Assembly (NCBI GenBank): GCA_004524545.1
Contig: SDNX01000001.1
Span: forward strand, 23,270-87,269
Length of the DNA stretch: 64,000 nt
Reading direction: 5' to 3'
Source of the DNA: Promethearchaeota archaeon
GTDB taxonomy: Archaea > Asgardarchaeota > Lokiarchaeia > Sigyniarchaeales > Promethearchaeaceae
The notes beneath the pieces are model-generated. The model had not been told where the DNA came from and searched no databases. It saw only the letters and a program-made list of their open reading frames with translations. Each line of letters opens with the position of its first letter. The first letter of the stretch is position 1. The position numbers and the translations under genes are program-made. Below are positions 49,642 to 60,391 of this stretch, piece by piece.

Positions 49642-49642
49642 C

Positions 49643-50701
49643 CTATTTCTTCAAGTTGTACTGGACTAAAAGTTCATCTTTTGCATTTTCCAGGCGATTA
49701 GATCCATCTTTAAACTCAGAAATCTGGGCAATTACTTGCATAATTTTCCTCTTTATTAATTCCAATGAATAACTCTTCGGTAAGTTCGTTTTTTCCAGAT
49801 TATTCAACAGATTTTGAAATTTTGACTGCCAACTGAAAATGATTGCATCAGCTTTTAGGATTTGGGATATAATAATTAACGATACTGAAGGAAGCTCATA
49901 AATTCGGGATTGTTTGTACTGTTTTGGAAGAGATGAAATCGTGTCATTTTCCATAAAATGATTGAGTGTTCTTGATATGGTACTTAGTGATAACCCAGTT
50001 AATTGGACAAGTAACTCCTGTGTAATGAAGCCATAAATACTCATATAGGAAAAAACTAAATTCGCAATCGGATCATCTCTATTATAGACTCCGTTATCAA
50101 CCATATATGTGACGAACTTTTTAAGTATAGGTTCAAGCTTATCTGGAATTGAAATAATGTTCTCTTTTAATCCCAGATCTGAAAGATTTTCTATAAAAAA
50201 AGAGTATTTCGAGCTCTCCTTAATAGCACGTCTTTGAGCTTCGATATAATTTCTGAAGCTATTTAGTCGTCTCCGAATAAATTCACAGAACATTGGATAT
50301 TCTTCCTGAAATTTATTTACCTCTTCTTGAGTAGTTACGATAAATTTATCCAGGTTTTCCAATTCTATCATAATTTCAGAAAACTCGGTGTAAACAAATG
50401 GAACTTTTTCCGATTTCAATCGATATATTCCTACACGTGCGTTTGTTCCGATTTCTCTCGTAACAATTCCTGATTGAAGAAAGGAATTTAGTGTAGTGGA
50501 TATAGTGCTTGAGGAGAATTTTGTTAAATTTTTCAACTGTTTTTGGGTTAGTGCTTTATAAACTTGTAAATATGCAAATATACGAGTTGTTTTGAAATTT
50601 AAACCCGTATTATCCCCCACAATCTGGAAAAAAGTGATTATTTCTTCCTCATATCTTTTTAGTTCTCCTGTAATTATTTTTGGAGGCATATTGGGGTGCA
50701 T
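49643..50701 (-). CDS. Putative regulator with two winged-helix (TrmB/MarR-like) domains
   Basis: Two segments L..LTKFSSSTISTTLNSFLQSGIV and LVQLTGLSLSTISRTLNHFMEND resemble HTH recognition helices. Confidence 0.35.
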   Translation of the reverse strand: MHPNMPPKIITGELKRYEEEIITFFQIVGDNTGLNFKTTRIFAYLQVYKALTQKQLKNLTKFSSSTISTTLNSFLQSGIVTREIGTNARVGIYRLKSEKVPFVYTEFSEIMIELENLDKFIVTTQEEVNKFQEEYPMFCEFIRRRLNSFRNYIEAQRRAIKESSKYSFFIENLSDLGLKENIISIPDKLEPILKKFVTYMVDNGVYNRDDPIANLVFSYMSIYGFITQELLVQLTGLSLSTISRTLNHFMENDTISSLPKQYKQSRIYELPSVSLIIISQILKADAIIFSWQSKFQNLLNNLEKTNLPKSYSLELIKRKIMQVIAQISEFKDGSNRLENAKDELLVQYNLKK

Positions 50702-50835
50702 TCTTGAAATTCCAAATAGTTGATAGCTAAGAAATTTCTTTCTTATAGCTCAAAAAAAAGGGAATATTTTTAAATTTTATTAGTTTTCTATAATTCGAAA
50801 TACTGAAAAAGAAAATTCCTTAGAAGTGAAACTAA

Positions 50836-52965
50836 ATGAACCGTGAAAAAGTGAAGTATTTTTTTATGTTTATGGCTATTTTTGCTGTTATACTATTCCC
50901 AATTTTCTTAAGTGATAATTTAGCAATAGGTGAAGGTGTTCAATACAAACCCTACCGTATTTTATTTGTAGCCGACAATAAGTGGGGTGAAAACGTCCCA
51001 TCAATTATCGAGAAATTCACTAATGTGTATGAATGGGATGTAACAACTACCGCCGTAAATAAAACAGTTATCAGCTGCATATTCGCGGGAAGTAGACCGA
51101 TGGAAGTTGATGTTGTGCTTGAAAATATTACTGATTTGTACACCTATGATTGCGTGTCAATATTGCCAGGGCAATCTCATGAGAATTTGTTGAATAATGT
51201 CCAATTTCATGGAATGATTCAGAATTTAGTAGCTAAAGGAACTATTGTAACCGCTTGGTGTCGAGCGGTACGAATTCTTGCACGTGTAGATGTGATATCC
51301 GGTCGAGATGTAACGGGGTATGATGAATATCAAACCGAGTATGAAAATGCTGGCGCAACCTTCTTTTATCGAGTACCTCCAATCGTGGACGGAAACGTTA
51401 TAACATCAGTACGTAGTCTGTATTACCAAATGCAAACGTGTGAGTTGATTCGAACCACCGTAGAAAATAATGAACCTGAATTCTATGATTTTTCAACCTA
51501 TTTGGGAGGTACAGGTGATGAAAGAGGCATATCAGCTAGTCTTAATTATTTAGGAGATACTGCAGTCGATTCCGAAGGAAATATCATTGTTGTAGGGAGA
51601 ACCGCATCTGATGATTTTCCGGTTCTCAATCCTTATCAAGAAAACCGTAGTGGAGGGATCGATGGGACCATTTCGAAATTTTCCCCTAATGGTACTTTGA
51701 TCTTTTCAACGTATTTAGGAGGAACTGCACATGAATGGATTACAGGAGTCGCAATTGATTCTGAGGATAATATTGTATTTGCAGGTATTACGGGATCCAC
51801 AAATTTTCCTATGCAAAATCCCTACCAAGGCACCCATCAAGGAGGTACGGAAGGAAATGCAGATTGTTTTGTTTCTAAATTATCCAGTAATGGCCAAAAT
51901 CTTCTGTATTCTACATTCTTTGGGGGTTCTGATTCAGATTGGTGTTATGAGATGAATATTGATGATGAAGATAGAATCGGAATCACCGGAACCACACAAT
52001 CGACGAATCTACCTCTAGAAAACGCTTATCAAAATAGTCCAAATGGTGGATTGGAGGGATTTGTTACTGTTTTTGAACCAGATGGACAATCACTTGTTTA
52101 TAGTACATATTTAGGGAGTTCTTCCATTGATCATGGGAGGGGACTAGATTTTGATACCGAAGGGAACCTATACCTTACAGGAGTAATTGGATCTTCCAAT
52201 CATGGAACTCCAGGGGTATATCAACCGGTGTTCGGAGGGTCTTTAGATGCCTATCTCGCTAAATTCAGCTTAACTGGAACTTTAGAGTATTTTACATATT
52301 TGGGGGGATCTTATAGTGATAGAGGGAACGATTTAATAATCGACTCATTTGGAAACATATTAATTACAGGGTATACAAGTTCCGATGATTTCCCTATAAA
52401 AAAGAGTATTCAGACTGATCGTGGAGGATGGAATGATGTATTTATCACGAAATTTGATCCATTAGCTGAAAATATTGAATATTCCACATATTATGGTGGT
52501 AGTAATATTGATGAAGGATATGCAATAACTTGTGATTTAGTCGGTAATGCGATTATTACGGGTTTGACCGAGTCTTCCGATTTTAAAACAACTTATACTT
52601 CCAAAGTCAACTTGGATGAAATAAATGGATTTCTTTTAAAACTCAACCCAAAAGGTAGAATCATGTTTTCATGCGAAGTGGGAGGAGAGGGTGCGGATAT
52701 AGGTGTCGGTATTGCATGGCATTCTAACTCATCCTATAGTATCACAGGATTTACACAGTCTGAAGAGTTTCCTATATATCACGCATCTCAAGGGGTGTAT
52801 GGAGGGAATGTTGATATGTTTGTGATGAAAGTTGATACATCAGCCTTGGAAACGACTAGCATGGAGCCGTGGATTACAGGAGTCATAACTTCAAGTGTTC
52901 TTCTGGCGTTTGCTGGTGCATCTTTAACAATAGTTTTGGTGCAACACAAACGAACAAAAAGGTAA
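50836..52965 (+). CDS. Secreted DJ-1/PfpI-like domain fused to SBBP beta-propeller repeats, C-terminal TM anchor
   Basis: Signal peptide; DJ-1-like block (ILPGQSHENLL...); repeated YLGGxxxDxGxxIAxDSxGNIxxTGxTxSxDFP units (SBBP); C-terminal ITGVITSSVLLAFAGASLTIVLV. Confidence 0.55.
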   Translation: MNREKVKYFFMFMAIFAVILFPIFLSDNLAIGEGVQYKPYRILFVADNKWGENVPSIIEKFTNVYEWDVTTTAVNKTVISCIFAGSRPMEVDVVLENITDLYTYDCVSILPGQSHENLLNNVQFHGMIQNLVAKGTIVTAWCRAVRILARVDVISGRDVTGYDEYQTEYENAGATFFYRVPPIVDGNVITSVRSLYYQMQTCELIRTTVENNEPEFYDFSTYLGGTGDERGISASLNYLGDTAVDSEGNIIVVGRTASDDFPVLNPYQENRSGGIDGTISKFSPNGTLIFSTYLGGTAHEWITGVAIDSEDNIVFAGITGSTNFPMQNPYQGTHQGGTEGNADCFVSKLSSNGQNLLYSTFFGGSDSDWCYEMNIDDEDRIGITGTTQSTNLPLENAYQNSPNGGLEGFVTVFEPDGQSLVYSTYLGSSSIDHGRGLDFDTEGNLYLTGVIGSSNHGTPGVYQPVFGGSLDAYLAKFSLTGTLEYFTYLGGSYSDRGNDLIIDSFGNILITGYTSSDDFPIKKSIQTDRGGWNDVFITKFDPLAENIEYSTYYGGSNIDEGYAITCDLVGNAIITGLTESSDFKTTYTSKVNLDEINGFLLKLNPKGRIMFSCEVGGEGADIGVGIAWHSNSSYSITGFTQSEEFPIYHASQGVYGGNVDMFVMKVDTSALETTSMEPWITGVITSSVLLAFAGASLTIVLVQHKRTKR

Positions 52966-52986
52966 GAATCATACTATATCTACGAG

Positions 52987-54063
52987 ATGAAAAACATGGA
53001 GGCTAATTCATTAAGGATTCGTTATACTGTTCATCCGCAACAGTTTGTTGCATCTATCCGAACAAGCGTTGCCAATCGAGAGGATATTTTGAAAAAGATT
53101 GGAGAGTTAATGGGTGAAATTCCAAAAGAATCGATTCAAGGTACCCCTTTTTGTATTTTTTATTTTGTTACTAGTGTTGCAGATGGAATTGACGTTGAAT
53201 ATGGAGTTCCCATTCGATCTGAATTCCAATCCAATACCATTACGTTCCGAACTCTCCCGAAAATGGAGAGTTTTTCGATGTCTCATAAGGGAAAATTGGA
53301 CGATTTGGGAAAGGCGTATGAGAAAGTATTTCAATATGCCTATAAGTATGGATATCCCTCTCAAGAATTCTCTCGTGAAGTATACACTCATATTTCCGGA
53401 AATGAGAACGAACATGAAATTGAAGTTCAATTTATCATTCATCCATGGAACAGTTTATTAGTTGAGAATATGATCCGGGAATTGGGAGCAGAACAGCAAG
53501 GAAAAATTATGGAAGGATTGCAGGCAATCGAAATCGAAACTCCATTAGAACAGAAATTCGAATGGTTAATTGGTGTTCTTCACAAACTCGAAAACGTGAC
53601 AGATGAATCCCAACGATATAACATTATTTCAGGTTGTGCACACTTTTTCCCCGAAGAAATGGTTATAGAACTAAGACAGGTCTATGAAAAAGCAAGAGAA
53701 AACACACACACACTTATAGAAGCTATAGATAAAACATTAGAATTTATGGCATCCCATAAAGGATGGGGTTCGTTACCCATTCGGAAAGGGAATGTTCTCT
53801 ATACTACAAAAAGTCCTGCCAATCCCAAAGCATTTGTAGAAGCAAGAACTCACTTGGAACGTATCAAAGCCTATTGTTTTTGCCCTATCATTCGAAATTT
53901 CTTGGATCAAAATGTTTCTGTAACTTTTTGCAATTGTGGAGCAGGATGGCCAAAACAACTTTGGGAAGGAGTATTTAGACAACCTTTAAGAATTGTGTTA
54001 GTAAAAAGCCTAACAAAGGGAGATGAAGAGTGTCAATTTGCAGTGTATCTACCCGGCGAATAA
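52987..54063 (+). CDS. GyrI-like (small-molecule binding) N-domain fused to Cys-rich domain shared with 29164..29637
   Basis: N-terminal GyrI-like pattern; C-terminal CFCP...CNCGAGW block. Confidence 0.4.
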   Translation: MKNMEANSLRIRYTVHPQQFVASIRTSVANREDILKKIGELMGEIPKESIQGTPFCIFYFVTSVADGIDVEYGVPIRSEFQSNTITFRTLPKMESFSMSHKGKLDDLGKAYEKVFQYAYKYGYPSQEFSREVYTHISGNENEHEIEVQFIIHPWNSLLVENMIRELGAEQQGKIMEGLQAIEIETPLEQKFEWLIGVLHKLENVTDESQRYNIISGCAHFFPEEMVIELRQVYEKARENTHTLIEAIDKTLEFMASHKGWGSLPIRKGNVLYTTKSPANPKAFVEARTHLERIKAYCFCPIIRNFLDQNVSVTFCNCGAGWPKQLWEGVFRQPLRIVLVKSLTKGDEECQFAVYLPGE

Positions 54064-54080
54064 AATGGATTAATAAATTA

Positions 54081-54635
54081 CTAAGCATAAATATCCAATG
54101 CTTCGTACCGTAGATAAAACACTCGTCCCCCAGAGGTGTTTACTTCCACAATTAAGTCTGTCTTATACAACGGATCGTATATCTTATTCGATCTCCGACT
54201 TGAACTATTAATTATATAAGAAGAGCAATGAGAGTGAAAATTGTACATGGTAAAAATAAGCTGTTGAGTTGAATAATCCCACCAGGGAAAAATCCCCCCC
54301 GTTCCAGGGATTATCCATATTGATGTCGCATTTATGCTGTTTGGAAAGGAATCTTCTTGATTGGTGTCTGTTTTAAGGAAGATTGTTGCTATAAAGATTC
54401 GGGGGGAAGACGCAAATCCCCCAAAACCATACCTTTGTACATCAATGTAAAAAACATTTCCATCAATCTCTACCGATTCTGAACTAGCCGGAAAAGTTAA
54501 AATATACGCAATTTGCTCCGCTATGGTAATTCCTATAATAATTAAAACCACAATTCCTATCGTAATCCAGGATGTTTTCAATTTTGGATTTTTTTGTAGA
54601 TGATACTTTCGATCCCATTCACTCATAATTATCAA
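54081..54635 (-). CDS. Membrane-anchored extracytoplasmic hypothetical protein
   Basis: 184 aa; single N-terminal TM then beta-rich region. Confidence 0.35.
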   Translation of the reverse strand: MIIMSEWDRKYHLQKNPKLKTSWITIGIVVLIIIGITIAEQIAYILTFPASSESVEIDGNVFYIDVQRYGFGGFASSPRIFIATIFLKTDTNQEDSFPNSINATSIWIIPGTGGIFPWWDYSTQQLIFTMYNFHSHCSSYIINSSSRRSNKIYDPLYKTDLIVEVNTSGGRVFYLRYEALDIYA

Positions 54636-54772
54636 TAATCGGAATGGTTATACATTATTGTTATTATGTAGAACTAAGTAATTAAGTATTACCTAGAATT
54701 GTTTACTGCAAAAGCTTCGGTTAGAAAAAATCATCTCAATCCTATTACTAACGATAAGAAGTCTGAATCTTT

Positions 54773-55625
54773 ATGATCCTTGAACCCAAAATTCATCAAA
54801 TCTTTGAAAAGATTGGAAAATCTGTAATGATTTCTTCATTCCTTGGAAGGGGAGAAGCTTCCAGCTCCCGTGTATTCAGATAGTGAAATCTTCCCGAATG
54901 GCGCAGTAATATATGAATTCGTTGATGGTACAAAACCAGATTTTACAAATTTTGAGAATATTAAACAAATGGCACGCATTCTCAGCCAGATTCATCAAAT
55001 TGATTATGAAATCGTAGATGATGGATTTAGTCAGATAATGAAATTGTATCATTTCTTGGAGAAAATAATTCAAAAAATCTGTTTAAAATATTCACATCTT
55101 GTAAATGTCTCAATAAAATCTGCATTTATGAGCGCCTTGGAGGAATACAAGCAATTCTTGAATGGTTCAATGAACATATATACTACGGGGATTAATACTC
55201 ATCTGCATGGGGACCTATCCGATAATTTTGTGATTGACCAGAATGAAAAGATTTGGTTACTAGATTGGGAAAACTCGGAGTATGGAGATTTGATGGAAGA
55301 GCTATGCTGGTTTTTGTATACAAACGATTTTTCTCCCGAAAATCGAGCTAACTTCTTTCAAGAATATCAAACCCATTTCTTTTTCACTCAGCAAATTGAT
55401 TTTGAAAAAATATCACGACTTTATGATATGTCAACCCCTGTTTTCAATATTTGTTGGGGGATTGATCAGATGGCGACCCATTTAGATCCAAATCTGGAAT
55501 CTCCTGTGCGTAAACTAAATGATTTAGCAATATCAGCAAGTAATTGGTCGAAATTATACTCATACTCTACAAGTGCTTTGATTTTCAAAGGAATTAAAGA
55601 ATTAAACAAGTCCCTGCTCGATTAG
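54773..55625 (+). pseudogene. Aminoglycoside/choline-kinase-like phosphotransferase (APH family), N-lobe truncated and frameshifted
   Basis: HLHGDLSDNFVI (catalytic loop) and LLDWENSEYGD (DFG-equivalent) present in ORF 54843..55625; Gly-rich loop FLGRGEASSSRVFR encoded from ATG 54773 in a different frame ending TAG 54881. Confidence 0.45.
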
Positions 55626-55729
55626 CTTGTTTTTATTATTTTGAGTTATAATTCAAAAATCAATGTGTTTATATTATTTTAATGATTATATATATTGAGT
55701 TATAACTCAAAATTAAAAGATGAAAAAAA

Positions 55730-56044
55730 ATGTATAGATTCAGAACTTATTTTTATGGACCCGGATATGGAAGAGGGCGAGGAATGGGAAGAGGATATGG
55801 ACGCGGAATGGGTCCAGGAAGACAATTTGCAAGTCCCAATTGTGATTTCTATCCAGACCGCCCCCGAGGATGGTGGACTATGCCTCAATTTCAAAATGCG
55901 CCACCAAAAGAAGCCATATGGGATTCTTTTACAGGAGACCCTCAAAACATTGAAGCAATTGATTACGAAATCGTAATGATTGAGAAACAAATGGAAGAAA
56001 TGAAAAAAGAAATCGAACAATTGAAGTCTCTCAAAAATAAATAA
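55730..56044 (+). CDS. Gly/Arg-rich (RGG-like) protein with C-terminal coiled coil (DUF5320-like)
   Basis: GPGYGRGRGMGRGYGRGMGPGRQF then IEKQMEEMKKEIEQLKSLKNK. Confidence 0.5.
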   Translation: MYRFRTYFYGPGYGRGRGMGRGYGRGMGPGRQFASPNCDFYPDRPRGWWTMPQFQNAPPKEAIWDSFTGDPQNIEAIDYEIVMIEKQMEEMKKEIEQLKSLKNK

Positions 56045-56105
56045 CATAAATAGAGGAATGACAAATACTCTATTTATTGAGTTTTTCTATTATTTTGGTG
56101 ATACA

Positions 56106-56441
56106 ATGGCAAATAATAATGGTGGTGGTTATGGTCCAGGACGCGGTCATGGAGGAGGGGGTCAGGGGAGACATCGAAGAGGCCGCCCGAACATTTCATA
56201 TCCTGTAGATTTGTCCCGATCAATTGATATACATCAAGGAGTTTTAGAATTAACTACTTTTGAAATTAAATTATTAGAATTATCCGATATTGAACAAAAC
56301 AAAACCCAAGAAGATATTGCAAAAGAGTTGAACATTTCTCAGACTTCAGTCTGGCGATATCTGAAAGAATTACGCAAAAAAATCGCATTAGCAATAAAAA
56401 ATCATAACGAAATTCATATCGAGATTGTTGACAATAGGTAA
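56106..56441 (+). CDS. DUF134/UPF0251-family DNA-binding protein with Gly/Arg-rich N-terminal extension
   Basis: LELTTFEIKLLELSDIEQNKTQEDIAKELNISQTSVWRYLKELRKKIALAIKNHNEIHIEI aligns with UPF0251 consensus (...[38 protein letters not shown]); start at ATG 56106 (MANNNGGG). Confidence 0.6.
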   Translation: MANNNGGGYGPGRGHGGGGQGRHRRGRPNISYPVDLSRSIDIHQGVLELTTFEIKLLELSDIEQNKTQEDIAKELNISQTSVWRYLKELRKKIALAIKNHNEIHIEIVDNR

Positions 56442-56478
56442 CACTACGTATCAACTGGACATGAATCCTACAGAGTAT

Positions 56479-57234
56479 TTACTTAACTTCTAAGAAATCT
56501 AATAATAAGGATACTTTTTGAGGATAGTGTTTAGCTAGTCGATTTTTTAAGAGATTGGTTTTGAGTACTGAATCAACTATTCTATTCTTTCCTATCCATG
56601 AATTCATAAACATAAACCCCACTGTCGGAGCTGCACTCACATATACACTTATTGTGAAATCCAATCCTTTTTTCAATACTCGGAAGGATTCATCCTCAAC
56701 CGGGTTTAACTCCTCAAGAATTTTATTCGTAATTTCAATGCAATAGTTGGCTCTTTCCTCATTTAAAAAGTCAGGATGGGCTAAAGCAACTAAGATGCAC
56801 CTTCTTTCATAATTATTTGCACCATGTAACCAGTCAGAAAAAATTTTCTTAAGAAGTGTGAATTCATGTTCCCCTATCCGTTGGAACCCAAACGCAACAC
56901 ATTCTCTTACTCTCCACCTAGTATCGTTTGCCATTTCTTTCAGACGAAGTAATATTTTCTCATCTCTAGTCTCAGTGTAGATCTGGCCTAAACTTACTGC
57001 AGCGCAAAAGACTAAAAATGCCGTAGGATCATTCACATTTGCATCCTCCTCAGAAAATTTCGTCCATTTCATCACACTTGTTAAATTTTTGTTCACATCA
57101 GCAAATGCATGGATCAATTCCAAGTTCGCTCGACGTCCAGGCAAGTTAGAATGTTGAATAAGAAACTGCGATAGGGATTCCTGATCGTTGAGAATTGGAG
57201 TCAATTCTGATCGATAATTTTCTCGTTTTCCCAT
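56479..57234 (-). CDS. HEAT-repeat protein, DNA alkylation repair (AlkD-like) family candidate
   Basis: DTRWRVRECVAFGF...ERRCILVALA resemble AlkD-family repeats; ORF extends to 57336 with hydrophobic N-terminus overlapping M13 gene, start uncertain. Confidence 0.35.
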   Translation of the reverse strand: MGKRENYRSELTPILNDQESLSQFLIQHSNLPGRRANLELIHAFADVNKNLTSVMKWTKFSEEDANVNDPTAFLVFCAAVSLGQIYTETRDEKILLRLKEMANDTRWRVRECVAFGFQRIGEHEFTLLKKIFSDWLHGANNYERRCILVALAHPDFLNEERANYCIEITNKILEELNPVEDESFRVLKKGLDFTISVYVSAAPTVGFMFMNSWIGKNRIVDSVLKTNLLKNRLAKHYPQKVSLLLDFLEVK

Positions 57235-57295
57235 AGGTAAAGTGTTGATATTTATCAATAAAAAAAAGAACAGCGTAAATAAAAAGAAGATAATA

Positions 57296-59236
57296 TTACC
57301 AAATATTTTCAAAATCATCGCTGTAGAGCTTATCACCCGGTTTCACATTAAAGGTTTTATGGAACGGCGGAAAATGGCTTAAACCGCCGTTAACTCGCCA
57401 TTGCTCGGGAGTGTGGGGATCGGTTTGAACTTGTTGGTCTACCATTTCCGGACGGATATGACCAGCCCAAATTCGAGCATAGGATAATAAAAATTCTTTA
57501 TCTGCATTTTCTTGAGGATGTTCAGCGAGATAATGATTCATTGCATCATAAGCGTTCAGGAGACCTCCCAAATCAGCTATATTTTCACCCAAAGTAAGCT
57601 TCCCATTTATTTTCAGAGTTTTCCCTTCATTTCCGGTTACGGTGTAAGTGCTGAATTTGTCTATATAATATTGAGTTTTAGCAGTAAATTTAGTTAGGTC
57701 TTCCTCGGTCCACCAGTTCTTCAATTCTCCCAAATGGTTAAATTTAGAACCGTTGTTATCATAGGAATGTATCATTTCATGCCCAATAACGACCCCAATG
57801 GCTCCATAATTAACGGCAGCGTGTGCATTTGCATCAAAGAAGGGGAATTGCAAAATACCCGCTGGAAATACAATCTCGTTCTTCATAGGATTGAAATATG
57901 CGTTTACTGACTGAGGATGCATCTCCCATTCGTCCAAATCCGTTAATTTGAACATCTTCTCCATTGAAAGCTGAAAATCATATCGGTTGCTCGCTAGGAC
58001 ATTTTCGACATAGACATTATCTTCTGTTGTTTCCAAAGAGTCGAAATCAGGCCATTTATCAGGATACCCAATTTTTGCTCGGAAAGCTTGATGTTTTAGC
58101 ATGGCTTTTTCTTTTGTTTTATCTTGCATCCAATCCAAATTCATAATGCGCTTCTTCAAGGCTTGTTGTAAGTTTTTTACTAGGTCAAGCATTTTATTTT
58201 TGGAATCTGGAGGAAAATGTTTTTTCGCGTAAAATTTACCTAGTAATGTTCCTATTTTGTGATCGTATCCATTAATAAAAGAAAGAACACGCTTCCACCG
58301 AGGTTGCATGGTTTTTTGACCGCTTAGAGTTTTATAATAAAAGTTAAAATGAAGTTCTTCATACTCTTTAGGTAAATAGGGAGCCATTTTAGCCAATACC
58401 TTGAATTTCAAATATATTTTCCATTGATCTAAGGATAAAGTATTCAACAAGTCTTCCATTCGTTTATAGAAATCCTTCTTATCCGTGCTTAGATAGGGTA
58501 CGTTTTTTTTAATTGTTAAATCAAAGAATTTCCTCCAGTCCAAGGAAGGAGTCCATTCTTGCAAGCTGGAAAATAGTGTCTTGTGAAAATAGTGATCCGG
58601 ATCATGACGTTCAAAATTTTGTGGTGTGACTTCAGCCAATTGCACTTCCATACTAAAAATTTCATCAGTATGCTTATCTGCAGACTCCTCAGGGACTCCA
58701 CTCAACTTTAAAATCCCGAAGATAAATTTTTTATACTGTTTCCGAATCTCCTCTCGTTCTTCTTGGAAATAATAATCCTTATCGGGCAATCCTAAGCCAG
58801 ATGTCAATAAGTAGGGGATAACTTCCTTAGGATTAGTAGCATCGGGTTCTGGGATCATCGCAAAAAGTGGATTCATTCCCATTCTCTGAAGAGTGGCGAT
58901 TAATTCCATAAACTTGGATTTATCGAAAAATGATTCAATCAAATCCAATATAGATTTAATAGGCTCGATTCCTGCTTGATTAATGCGGTCTTCATCCAGT
59001 CCTGTTTTATAAAAATTTGTTACTTTTTTGAATTCAAGATCTAAAGTGGGTTCTTCCAGCAATGCCTTTAATCGTTTCAAGGTATCATCTATCAAAATGT
59101 TGAAATTACCCCATCGTACTTGATCATCGGGAATGGGGTTAGCTTTCTTCCATTTTCCATTAACATAATTATCAAAATCATCTTGAGGACGGATATTTTC
59201 ATCCACATTAAACTCATTTACATCCATATCAAACAT
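57296..59236 (-). CDS. M13-family zinc metallopeptidase (PepO/neprilysin-like), cytoplasmic
   Basis: VIGHEMIHSYD (HExxH), ENIADLGG, no signal peptide; 646 aa. Confidence 0.85.
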   Translation of the reverse strand: MFDMDVNEFNVDENIRPQDDFDNYVNGKWKKANPIPDDQVRWGNFNILIDDTLKRLKALLEEPTLDLEFKKVTNFYKTGLDEDRINQAGIEPIKSILDLIESFFDKSKFMELIATLQRMGMNPLFAMIPEPDATNPKEVIPYLLTSGLGLPDKDYYFQEEREEIRKQYKKFIFGILKLSGVPEESADKHTDEIFSMEVQLAEVTPQNFERHDPDHYFHKTLFSSLQEWTPSLDWRKFFDLTIKKNVPYLSTDKKDFYKRMEDLLNTLSLDQWKIYLKFKVLAKMAPYLPKEYEELHFNFYYKTLSGQKTMQPRWKRVLSFINGYDHKIGTLLGKFYAKKHFPPDSKNKMLDLVKNLQQALKKRIMNLDWMQDKTKEKAMLKHQAFRAKIGYPDKWPDFDSLETTEDNVYVENVLASNRYDFQLSMEKMFKLTDLDEWEMHPQSVNAYFNPMKNEIVFPAGILQFPFFDANAHAAVNYGAIGVVIGHEMIHSYDNNGSKFNHLGELKNWWTEEDLTKFTAKTQYYIDKFSTYTVTGNEGKTLKINGKLTLGENIADLGGLLNAYDAMNHYLAEHPQENADKEFLLSYARIWAGHIRPEMVDQQVQTDPHTPEQWRVNGGLSHFPPFHKTFNVKPGDKLYSDDFENIW

Positions 59237-59592
59237 CTCGATTTTATTGTTACATAACTTATGATCCTTAAAACTCTCTACAGAATAAAAGCAGTGTGAT
59301 TATGGATCATTGAAAAAATAGAAGTTCTGAGAGATTAGTATTTGTATTCATATTCGCCTATCTAATACTTATTGGAAAATTTCTTTGATCAAAAAGAACA
59401 CACATTGATAATTTTCTCCTTCTGTCGATTTTTTCTACGATCGAAAGCTAGAATATAATCTCAAATGTGCAAATTATTATTTTAACAAATGTAGATCTAA
59501 TTCAGTAACTATTGTTCAATATAAAATACGTGTTATTTATTTTTTTACCAACCAACGATCTATTTTTGTGTTATCTACAATTATTGGACCCA

Positions 59593-60303
59593 ATGTCTTT
59601 TTGGCAAGTGTTCACGGTCACCTTTCTTATAGGGTTAGGAGGAGCTATGTCTCCTGGACCCTTGTTGTCTTATACTATAATGAAATCCGTAGAAGCAAAG
59701 AAAAGGGCATATTTAGTGGGATTATTCGTAAGTACGGGGCACATGTTAGTCGAGCTACTTCTTATCATGATATTGATGCTCGGGTTAGGAACCTTGCTTT
59801 CAAGTCAAGAGGACTCACTGAAAGCATTGATTGCAATTGTTATTGGTGTATTAGGAGGAGGAATTTTGGTATTTTTTGGGTCCCAAATACTGAATGATAT
59901 CCGAAAAAAAACAGTGGATACCTCCTTTTTGGAATCAAAAGAAGCCCCAACGGGGTTAAATACGAGTGATATTAAAGGAAAACTGTATAAATCCCATCCA
60001 ATTTTGGGAAGTGCGTTATTTCTCATGTCTAATCCATATTGGTGGCTTTGGTGGTTCACTGCGGGGTTTTCAATTATAACCAACAACTCTGTCAGTTTTC
60101 AAAATATCTCCGGTTTTATTGGATTACTTGTTGGTAAGGAATTGGGAGTGTATTTGTGGTATACTTTGATAGCAACTGCCATAGGCTTCTCCAGTAAATT
60201 CATTACGAAAAAGCTGTATATTGGGATTCTCATTGTGTGTGCATTGTTCATGTTGGGGTATGGAGTCTATCTAATTGTTTCCCCTCTAATCTCCTTCTTT
60301 TAG
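59593..60303 (+). CDS. LysE/RhtB-type amino-acid exporter
   Basis: N-terminal FLIGLGGAMSPGPLLSYTIMKS signature; 6 TM; start at ATG 59593. Confidence 0.7.
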   Translation: MSFWQVFTVTFLIGLGGAMSPGPLLSYTIMKSVEAKKRAYLVGLFVSTGHMLVELLLIMILMLGLGTLLSSQEDSLKALIAIVIGVLGGGILVFFGSQILNDIRKKTVDTSFLESKEAPTGLNTSDIKGKLYKSHPILGSALFLMSNPYWWLWWFTAGFSIITNNSVSFQNISGFIGLLVGKELGVYLWYTLIATAIGFSSKFITKKLYIGILIVCALFMLGYGVYLIVSPLISFF

Positions 60304-60391
60304 AGAAACTATTGGTTGGATATCGTTATGAAGCTGGTATGAAGAAATACCCAAGATAATGATTTAATTATGTGAGGAATATCAAAACAAA

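Noticed and set aside
55695-55976. 93-aa acidic ORF (EEGEEWEEDMD...)
   Set aside because: Alternative frame of the Gly/Arg-rich gene 55730..56044; GGA/AGA/GGC repeats read as Glu/Asp in the shifted frame
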